Of a stretch of 64,000 bases of DNA, positions 55,237 through 64,000 are shown piece after piece. The stretch is from Seison nebaliae. Its lineage: Eukaryota. Where the stretch lies: contig JALJEE010003220.1 in assembly GCA_023231475.1 (NCBI GenBank), positions 1 to 64,000 of the forward strand. The letters are read 5' to 3'. Under the pieces are notes generated by a model. The model was not told where the DNA came from. It saw only the letters and a list, made by a program, of their open reading frames with translations, and searched no databases. Numbering within the stretch: position 1 is the stretch's first letter; every line of letters starts with the position of its first letter. The position numbers and the translations under genes are program-made.

Positions 55237-55920
55237 TCAATCTATATGTTCCGCTTTCTTCAAAGAATCTATGGCGGAATCGATGCTGATAAATATACTT
55301 CTTTTTTCTTGTTTATTGTCAAATTTTATAATATTTTCATCGTTAAGATTAGATATTGATTTGGGAATCTGGAACAAAATATTTTCAGCTACAGGGATTT
55401 TCTCAATAATACTATTTCGTACTCGGTGTAATGTTCTTTTTATTACCGAGAGTTCCGGTAATTCTTTAATAATTTCATCGGATAAATTCTCAACGCTTAC
55501 TGCATACGCATTTGAAACGTCATAACCGGAATTCTTCACTAAATCTTTCATTTTACTATAAGCTTTCATGCTTTCAAAAGAACATCGGTTCATCGTTAAG
55601 CAACCACTTTTCACAAAGATCTTTATTGTATTATTATGTCCTTCCGAACAATTATTGGTACGTGGTAGATCATGCATAGTTCGTGAATAATTATTCCACA
55701 ACTTTATAGGAAATAAAGCAGTTGAAATAAGAGAGAAAAAAAATTTTTTTTTGAACTTTTTTTTGGACATTTGATTATAAATATCTTTACTAATATCTAA
55801 TCAAATACATCGTAATACGCACCATTGGATAGAAGATAAAAAATCGATAAAAAAGAATATATGCTATTTTATGATGTTACTCTCTTCATAACTACTTTAA
55901 AGCGTCAAAAACTAAAGTGG
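55237..55920 (-). mobile_element. Rearranged MULE transposase remnant
   Basis: LFPIKLWNNYSRTMHDLPRTNNCSEGHN (MULE RTNNxxEGxN motif) fused to ELPELSVIKRTLHRVRN...SLKKAEHID. Confidence 0.75.
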
Positions 55921-56309
55921 TTGAAAAAAAAGAGGACCAATTTTCTCATTGAGCAATTATCACCGATCATGATCCTCCGAAGGTGAACGTTAATAATTAT
56001 TAACACTAATTTATGTCTATACCTAATTCAGAAAAAGCCCTACCTAATTATGTCAAAATTACCTCCCTTCAAAATTTCTAAATTCTCCGGGATATTTTCC
56101 TACAATAATCCACACGATTTGTATAGTAGTATAGGATTATACTATACTATACTATAGGATATCTATACACAATTTATAGGAGTTTTGTATAGGAGGAACA
56201 CTTGCTTTTCAAATTTCAGACATCAAAATTTTTGTACGTAAAAAATACATTTTGTTCGTGTTCGTTTCTCCAGCGTGGTTAAAGTTTAATATAATAAAAA
56301 TTGAAGAAA

Positions 56310-59300
56310 TTAAGAATATTTCATTATCTTTTTCAATTGTTTCCCCTTTTTCCTTCGCAAATGACTAATTATCTTTCTCTTGATCACTTTACCCGGATTG
56401 AGTATCATACTGCGCCTCTTCTTCGTTCGCCGAACTTTCCGCCGAACAGCCATTTGTCTCCATAATTTCGTTTTGACATCAGTGAAGAGTGGATCTCCAC
56501 AAATCTTCTTCAAACGTTTCAAATAAACATCCGACCACTCGTCAACTTTTTGAACTTCTTTTGTGTTAATTTTCGAGTTGATATTCAACTGATTATCTTT
56601 TTTCAATTAAAATTTAAAACATTTGAAATTAATAAATTAACTTTTATGTCGTAGAACTGGTTCCATTAGATTCGGTAACCAATTGCGTATATGATTTGCG
56701 TTAGACCTCTCAAGAAATATGGAAAGTGATTTGAACACGATCATTCTCTATAATTGAATGAATGAAAAATTGGAATGAGAGATAAATAGAAAAAACTTTT
56801 GTAAAAATTGTTGGTTCATTTGCCATTTCTGCAATCACTACGCTTTGGAGATTGTTGAATAATTGTAAGATTTTCTTCTTCCAATATGTCAATTTTAATT
56901 TTTCTTGTTCTGGTAAGAAATGTTGATCGTTATAAATTAAGAGTAAAGTAGCAGAGAGTGTCATGACATTATTCGTAAATGTTTCTGACTTTAAATTATA
57001 AGACAATTGTCGGAATAGAAACTTCTCAACAATCATCAAATTCCAATCTTTTTCCAATAAATTATTTCCGATTAATTTCAATAAAATTTCCGTTATTCGA
57101 CATCGTATTATTTCCGATGAATGTTCCATTATCAAATCATGATTGAATAACCAATGAATAATTCCATTCTTCTTTTCTTCAATCTCTTTTGAATTGATAA
57201 TTGAATAAGAAATAATTGCCGATACATTTTCAAGTACTTGTTCCACTAATTTCCACAGTTGATTATTTAATAATGTTTGATGGAATTGAATGAAGAATTG
57301 ATGGATATGATCGATTATACTTTCATAATTGGTACAACTGATGTTATTCAACGAATCGTATTCGGCTTGATTCCCCTTTGTTTTCTCTCCCAATTTCATC
57401 ATTTGATCATTCCAATAACGGAGAATGATTGAAAGCAAATAAAATCCACAACAATTATGATCAATATTTTTTGAGGAAATTTTCTTTTCCAAATTACCCG
57501 TAATCATTGCGATAGAAAAGTTATAAATGATGAGGAGTTGATTCCGATCTTCGAATAACACCAAATATTTATTCAACAAATGTGTCGCCTGATATTTCAG
57601 TTTGTCATTCTCATAATCATTCACCACTCGAATAGCGATAGTAAGAAAAGTCATTTTCATGTTCTGTCTCAACCAAGAACTACTTCGATTATTTTCTTTC
57701 TCCAATATCAAATTCATCATCGTCAATCCATTGAGTGAAAGTGAAACATTTCGATCTTCAATACAAATTAATAATTTTAACCAAATTGTTCGTTTCTTCT
57801 TAATGTTGACTTGTTGGAAATAGAGTTTAAAAACTTTTTTGGCGATTCGTCTTATCTTGTCTTCGGGAGCAAATAAAGCAATTTGTTGAACATTCGACTC
57901 TACCATTTGTTCGATTTGTTGAAGAATGTCATCCGATGTTGTCGTATCATCAATAGATGAATTTTTCGAGAATAATCGATATAAATCATTTTCTCCTTTT
58001 AACAATATCGATAAGAATTTCAATATTGATTGAGTAGCTATCGATTTGAGGAGACAATGTTGACAATGTAAAGTTAAAATAGATAATTGATTTTTCGTAA
58101 TAATCAAATTATTTCCTTGATTTCTAATTAAATTAGAAGCGAAAATAAAGACTTGTGAACGGAAATTAATTTGTAAATCTCTCACTCCTCCACTCTCATC
58201 CACTACTAACGACGTCTTATCAAAAATGACGAGTAAACGTTCTAGCAGTATTTTCCGATCCATCTCCGCCAATTCTAAATTGAAAGAAATTAAAATATTG
58301 ATGATTTGAATGAAAATTATTGATAATGATTCGTTTTTGTTCTTGAGAATTTCCTCTTTACAAATAAGATAAATGTCTCTCATCAACAATTCACTATCAT
58401 TTCCTAAATTCGTCGATGATGATTTGCGGAGAATTTGTAAAATTAAATCGAAGGAAAATTGAAGAATTTTCTCATCAATCTCCTGAAGATGTTTCGTTCG
58501 TTTTTTCAAAATCGATTTCAATTCCATCGTCTCACCATCTTCCAACAACAGACAAGATTTAGTGGACTGGTTTGTCGTCGTCCCACAATTTTCATTTGAA
58601 CTATTTTTCTCTTTAATCTCTTCATATTTGAATGAGAGATAAGCAAGAGCAAACTCGATTTTTTCATTTTTTTCCATTTTCTCATTTCTCAATATTCCTT
58701 TACTAATCGCATTAAATATCCGTTTAATAATCGATTCTTCTCGTTTCTCTTTCAATTCATCCACAATTTTCGTCGCTGAAAATATTTGATGTTTTTCCAA
58801 AACTATAAGAAATGATTGAAGGATTTGGAAGAGATTATTCATTTTATCTTCCTCCAATTTCTGCTGACCACCAGTTCCTGAATTTGAATTAAATAATGTC
58901 TTGTCTAATTGATTGTTCATATCGAGATCAGTTCTCTCAATCTCCTTCGATGGTTTCCATTGTGATTGATGAATTTTCTTCATCATATCATCAATTAAAC
59001 GAACAATAATTTCATTGATAATTCCAATTGTCTTGTCCATAATATTGATGGAAGAATGACGAATGGAAATACTCATCTCATCCAACAACAACATGAGAGT
59101 GTGTCCTAAAACGATGAGTTGATTCCGTCCAGAATTAAGAGCGAAATTTAATTCGTTAATAATCATATGAAATATTAATGAATTCTTCATATATTTATTG
59201 ACACGACAAAGAATATTTTGGGAGAGATGACGAACAGAACGATTTTTCGATTGGAGTAGATGACATAATTTCGATATGAAGATTGGTAATTCTCGTGAAA

Positions 59301-62300
59301 CGATCGTCCATGGTAGTCGATCTAATAATTTCACGATGGAAATGACAATACTCATATTCACCATCAACTTATTCTCCTTGTCATTGAAGAGTGAGATCTG
59401 CAATTTAGGAATGAGTTGTTGTATGATATATTCATAAATGTTGCGACTGTCATTCTCATTCATTCTCTGCCAATTAGACGGAAATTCTGGCCATTCTTCT
59501 GATTCATCAGCCAATTTTATATTGAAGTGGAAGGCGTCGATGATGGAAGAGAAAATTCGGATTTCAATTGAAGTAATTCTACGATGTCTTTTCTCCAGAT
59601 AATGAATGATATTTGTAAGAAGGACATGATATGATTCCCATGACATTTGTTCGACAATTATCGTTAATAGATTGAGAGAACGATCAATAATTAATGAATG
59701 ATGATTCTTTAACTTCTCCAATTTTTTCATATGCTTCCTTAATCGTTCGTCTTCCATTTTCTTCTCTAAAACTAGTCGATCGATATTATCTTGAAGAATG
59801 AAATTAATAAACGGAATAAAGAATGATGTGATCGTCTCATAATATTCTTTCTTCTTTCCATTCTCTTTCAAATAATCTCCAATTATCGTTAATGTGTGAG
59901 CTGAAACTGTCTCCTGATTATCACTCATTAATTCAAAGATGTTTCGTTCCAATTTCTTCTCATCATTCAAATATTGGAAAACTTCCAATTTGACAATGCC
60001 TCGAACATTCTCAATCATTTCGGAGAAAAGTTTTATAATATCTCTTCTTAATCGTTCATCTGGTGAATTGAGGAGATGAATCAATTCTTTGAACATCCAA
60101 TTTTTCATTTCTTCTTCTGATTCATCTCTATGTCTGTTGAAGAGTGTGACGATGGAGAGAATCGAACCATCAACAATGGCCATATCTGAATTGTTCACAA
60201 TTGTATTCAATAAATTCCCAAAAATTATTGGGAGATGTGACGAATGTGAAATAGAATCATTATTCAAACTTTTCATAATTTGTAATCGATTCTCGAAATC
60301 GATAATATCGATCTGTTTCGTTGATTGTGCATTCAAATTTTTAACTATATCAATCAAATTGGAACTGAATGGAATTTGAGAAGAGATTCGTTCATTCGAA
60401 AAAAATAATTGGAATATTTCAACGAGTAATAATCGATTTTCTCGATTATCGATACGGAGGAACATGACGGCGAAACATTTCATACAATTCAATCGATTCC
60501 ATTCATATTCTGGAAATTTGATAAAAATTAATTTGAAATTCCTCAAAATATTTTTCTCCAATTGTCCGTTGAAGATGAGAAGTGAATCATTTCCATTAAT
60601 TTCCATCATACTCCCAATTAGACATCGATTAAATCGAATACAATTCATCCAATAATCTAAAAGACAATTGAGAATTCTTATCGATTCATTTTCTCCAATC
60701 ACATTTTCATTTGAAAGAAATTTTAAATAAATTTGAAAGAGGATATGAAGATTCTTCCGATCAGTATCGAATTTGGAAAAATTGTCGAGACTAAAACTGA
60801 TAAATTGTCGAATCTCTTCCATATAAATTGGAGTTAACAAATCCATAAACGATCTATCATCTAATGTTTTTAACAGAATTTTCAAGACGAAAGTAAAAAC
60901 TGTTGGACGAATATTTTGATGTTGAATCAGTTTTAAGAGAATCATAAAAATTGAAGAATTCTTTTCATTCTTTTCTAACAATAAATTTATATATTTCTTC
61001 TCATCACACCAATAATCGATCAATCGACAAAATTGAGTAATAATCAGAAGATTATCATCAATAAACGTTTCCATTCGAACAAGTAGTCCTTTGTGAATCA
61101 TTTCTAATATTGATTTATCATTTTCGATTGAAGAAGAAGATAATGTTGAATATCTGAAAATTCTCTCCCAAATTTCCATAAGATTCTTCCGAATTGTTTT
61201 CACCAATTGTAATTCGGATGATTCAATCGAATTCTTTCCATTACGAAATAATTCGATATGATTGGAAATTGATGCAACAAATGAGAGGATGATCATCAGG
61301 AAATTCTTTTGGGATAAATCACCAAAAACTTTTGTGAATAAATTGAGAATTGCAATGAATCCTCTTAAATTTTTCCATTTTCTCCATCGTTCCTTTTCCC
61401 TCAAATTATCGTTAGACAATACGATAAATTGTTCATCTAAACATCCTTCCAAATAAAATAACATTCTTTCTTGAAGAATCAATTTGAAATATAATTTTAT
61501 TTCTTCTTTCTCACAATCTAAGAGTGAAGTCAAAATACTCTTTTGACGAGAGAAAATGGAATCACGTGAACCAGCTGAATGTTTCCACGATTTCTGATAG
61601 ATTTTTCCACATAATACTCGAATTAGAATTGGGAGAATAATAGAACGATGTTGACAATTGAACGTTTCTTCAATTTCATCAATTCTATTATTTGTCGTTG
61701 TTTCCTCTCGTTTCAATCGGAGGAAAGTTAAAGTTTTTAAAAAATCTTCTTTCCTTATCAGTTGGAAGAATGTTTCTTCATATAATTTTAATATTGCTCG
61801 TTCTTCTTCATCCATTATTATCGTCAACATTTTGTATGATAACTTTTGAATAATCTCATCATTCTCCATTAAACATCGTAATATAATTTTTTGAAATTCT
61901 TTATGAATATCTTCGTCCATCGTCAATTTTCGTTCATTCTTTTTTAGAAAGCCAATAAATAATTGAAGCCATTCGATGATTATCTTCTTCGAACTCTTCT
62001 TTCCATCATCTTTCTTCTTCTTTTTCATCTCTTTCATTTTTCTCATATTCTCTTTTTGAGCAATTTCATTGTTCTCCATTTCCTTATTATTATTCTCGTT
62101 TTCTCGATCATCATCATCATCTACATCTTCCTCATCATCTTCTTCAATTACCCAATTTATTCTTTTATAATGTTGATAGGATTGAGAGAAAATTTGAAAT
62201 AGTTTTTTGAACATTTTAGAGAGATCTCTAAATTCCGTATCGAAGAAATAATCCACATCTTTCATGATCAATCTGGTTAATATTTCCCATTTTAATTTGG

Positions 62301-64000
62301 GTGTAATCTCTATCCAACCATCGTTCTCCTTCCTCAAACTCCATTGATCACTTGATGGACGGTCAATAGATGATATGGAACGATAACATAATTTATAAAA
62401 TCCTTCAATTTCTTCCTCATTTCCATCATTTTCAATTGTCCTCCTATTCATTTGATAAGATACATCTGTCAATTCACTAAGAATCAATTCAGAAACATAA
62501 AATTTCAAATTTTTATTTCTCCGAATGTCCTGTAGAGCTGAAATAAATTCAGTGATGGAATATTCAACGAATAATTCGAAATTTGTCATCATAACTCCAA
62601 AGATATAGTTAACAAAAGGAAATTCATAACACAAAGCGTTTTTGAAATGACGAAGTATCTCTTTGAAATGGAATTGTTTTTCACGATAATTTTGAATTGT
62701 GAAATTATTCAACTTTTCAAATTTCACACAATTCTCAAAAAGTGCAGTAAGTTTAAAAATATTATTATGCACGAGAAATAACAGGGAAAGTGCTTGTCGT
62801 CGAACTCGTTGTTGTGGCGAACGGAGAAATTGATTGAACGGTTCAAAGGTTATTTGGTATAAATGGAGGAATTTGCAGACATTTGTAAAATGTTGTGTAA
62901 TTTCTCTTTTTAATTTTCCTCGTTTCAGTTTCTCTAAATCTTCTTTCGATTCGAACATCATTCCAATGAGTTGTATAAACAAAAATATAATATCAATCAC
63001 TATAACGAACTTCTCATTTGTCAATTGTGAAATGTTGTTGATTATTTCTCGCAATTTCACCCCAAACTCAGTGAGATGATAAGGAAATTTATATAATGAA
63101 TTTGCAGATTTCATATAAAATTCATGGAAATTATTCTCGGAGGAATGATCAATCCGTTGGAAATAAATTTTCATCAGAATTAGTAATCGATAAATTAAAT
63201 GGAAATTGATATTATCATCGTGAATTTTGAGAGAAAGTATTCCTCCAATTTTCATTAGAATTTGAGCATCATTTAAAGAAAATATTTGATGTTCATACTC
63301 TCCAAATGAGAGAACGGAAGCTAATTGAAATAATTGGACGTCATTCGTTTTCTCAGAAAATGCATTTGACAGTTCGTATAATGAATTTCGTTGAATTGGT
63401 AATGACAATTCTTTAACTTTCTTCTCATAATAATTCCACATAAGTTCCATAATATTTCCTTCATTATTGGCATGTTCGATGAAATCAGATCGATCAAATA
63501 ACAATTGACGTGATTGGAAAGGTAAAGTAAAGAAATTCAATGAATCCAAACAAATTTCCGAATTATATTTTCGAAGAAATTGTCGATATCGTTCAGGATG
63601 ATGATAATAATAAAATTGTTCCAATATCTTCCCATCAATATAAGTGAAAACTAAATTTTCTGTTTGTTCATCTACTCGAATATTTTCACTTTTACAGATT
63701 AAATAAAATAGATAAATGTCTTTCTTCTCAACAAACCGTTCCCAAAGATTCGTATGAAGATGATAAAAAGCGTTATATGATGGTGATGTGACATGAGAAT
63801 TGAGAAGGAGAATATGAAATAAAAAGAATAATAATTCATCATTAGATGATTGAAGTGTTTGAAAAATCTTTTCAATCTTTTCATATTGAAGACGAGTTAA
63901 ATTGCCTTTCGATTTCGTTGTGGCCGTTAATCGAACAACAATTATTAATGAATGTATCAAACCATAATTATTACCATCATTCTCATCATCACATAAATGT
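56310..64000 (-). CDS. utp20: UTP20 (DRIM), small-subunit processome HEAT-repeat protein; 5' end outside the window
   Basis: HRSIILPILIRVLCGK, IIDFENRL, SSIIDAFHF, LCHLLQSKNRSVR and a basic tail RRKVRRTKKRRSMILNPGKVIKRK. Introns 56748-56796 and 56597-56641. The frame is open to the window edge. Confidence 0.9.

Overview
AT-rich, gene-dense window from a compact-genome bilaterian animal. The organism cannot be identified from this sequence alone. Introns are mostly 40-110 nt. Recognisable genes, with exon joins reconstructed by hand: Zic (+), a secreted EGF/galaxin-like mucin (+), a ~3,900-aa UNC79 (+), SURF1 (+), AMPK beta (+), an ankyrin-repeat protein (-), mitochondrial EF-Tu (-), an intronless protamine-like K/R/S-rich protein (-), an IGLR-2-like Ig/TM protein (+), a TSP1/TM protein (-), GAPR-1/GLIPR2 (+), EME1 (-) and UTP20 (-, runs off the right edge). 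Between the gene blocks lie decayed LINEs, a MULE-type non-autonomous element with a 9-bp TSD, and Tc3-like and MULE transposase remnants. The strongest signal is that 27 of 30 reconstructed introns start GTT rather than GTR, and 10 of 30 end AAG. A GC-rich, highly structured island at ~2.9-3.16 kb has a U1-like Sm-site context and a 5' GAACCU complementary to AG|GUU donors; a link between the two is speculative. A chain of in-phase exons also starts at an ATG overlapping the SURF1 stop codon and can splice in frame into AMPK beta.
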